A stretch of DNA of 64,000 nt from Candidatus Latescibacterota bacterium (GTDB lineage Bacteria > Latescibacterota > UBA2968 > UBA8231), in assembly GCA_965223905.1 (NCBI GenBank), contig CBDCXV010000010.1, positions 32,001 through 96,000 on the forward strand, in the 5' to 3' direction. The notes under the pieces were generated by a model that saw nothing but the letters and a program-made list of their open reading frames with translations, was not told the origin of the DNA and did no database searches. The position numbers and the translations under genes are program-made. Shown here in pieces: positions 63,279 through 64,000 of the stretch; position 1 is the first letter of the stretch, and the number at the start of each line of letters is the position of its first letter.

Positions 63279-64000
63279 TTTGATGGGTGCCGGGAACCTA
63301 CTTTCCCCAGATACGCCTCCCAATCCTCCATCAGCTTGCGGCGCAGATCGAACAGATCGCTTCTCCGGTAGGCAGCTTCGGTCCGGTCGTCGTTGACGTG
63401 GGCCAGGGCCAGCTCGCAGACCTCGCGGGGCGCTTGAGAGCACTCGGCGGCCCAATCGCGGAAGCTGCTGCGGAACCCGTGGGGCACCGCCTCGATGCCC
63501 AGTTCCTTGACGAACTGCGACAGCGACCCGTCCGCCTGCTTGCCGCGGCGCGAGCTGGGAAACACCAGCCCCGAGCCGTCGTCGAAGGCGCGCGCCTGAT
63601 CCAGCACCGCCAGGGCTCGAGGCGCCAGCGGCACGCGGTGCTCCCGGCCCTTCTTCATGCGCTCGGCCGGAATCGTCCACAACGCCCCGTCGATTTCCTC
63701 CCAGCGCGCCCCCCGGACTTCGTTGGAGCGGGTCGCGGTGAGCACCAGGAACTCGATAGCCAGCTTCCTCGGCTCCCATACTTCGGCGGCCCGCATCGTG
63801 CGCAGGGCCGCCACGACCTCGCCGTGCGGCAAGGCTTTGTAGTGGACCTTCACGGTCTCGTTCTTGGGCAGAGCCGCCTGGATGGCGTCGCCGGCCGGGT
63901 TGTCCTGGCGGTGGCCCTCGGCGACGGCCCACTTCATCACCTGCGAGATCCGCTGGCGCACCCGCTTGGCCGTCTCCCGGCGCGACGACCAGATCGGCGT
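63176..64000 (-). CDS. P4-type tyrosine integrase (5' part outside the window)
   Basis: LTATRSNEVRGARW, WTIPAERMK..REHRVPL, PHGFRSSFRDW, LAH, AAYRRSD. Confidence 0.93.
   Translation of the reverse strand, partial: TPIWSSRRETAKRVRQRISQVMKWAVAEGHRQDNPAGDAIQAALPKNETVKVHYKALPHGEVVAALRTMRAAEVWEPRKLAIEFLVLTATRSNEVRGARWEEIDGALWTIPAERMKKGREHRVPLAPRALAVLDQARAFDDGSGLVFPSSRRGKQADGSLSQFVKELGIEAVPHGFRSSFRDWAAECSQAPREVCELALAHVNDDRTEAAYRRSDLFDLRRKLMEDWEAYLGKVGSRHPSNQVIPRASITDSKTETSDDIGSFITIARHTARTG

Larger units (their letters stand above)
43655..64000. mobile_element. Phage-satellite-like / integrative replicon (AlpA, primase, helicase, Rep and iterons, early operon, CRISPR, P4-type integrase); boundaries inferred
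   Basis: Gene order typical of PICI/P4-like elements; no capsid, tail or conjugation genes seen; att sites not identified. Confidence 0.65.

Overview
GC-rich bacterial window that is almost entirely accessory DNA. Secreted proteins ending in FlgD-Ig 'NYPNPFN' or 'SWGxxK' tails, together with FN3, YWTD, ankyrin, Cache and M8-peptidase genes, suggest an FCB-group host-associated organism such as Latescibacterota (inference only). The left part (1-43.4 kb) is a mosaic. It holds a ~2,900-aa FN3-repeat surface protein, complete IS1380 and ISL3 elements with target-site duplications, three Cre-like recombinase copies, a fused kinase/response regulator and an orphan type I-E mini-CRISPR. It also holds decayed IS1595-type elements carrying a tRNA-Gln-like gene and a NYN RNase preceded by tandem structured repeats, a type IIG R-M gene and a truncated group II intron. 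The right part (43.5 to >64 kb) is a phage-satellite-like integrative element: AlpA, toprim primase, AAA helicase, putative Rep with iterons, a long operon of small unknown genes ending in radC, an orphan 13-repeat type I-G-like CRISPR array and a P4-type integrase. The main finding is five intergenic elements in that operon that fit the circularly permuted (type P5) twister self-cleaving ribozyme, with pseudoknot covariation. Each starts at the upstream stop codon and ends just before the next RBS. Many genes carry single-base frameshifts that could be assembly indels rather than real decay. All calls were made by eye, without database searches.
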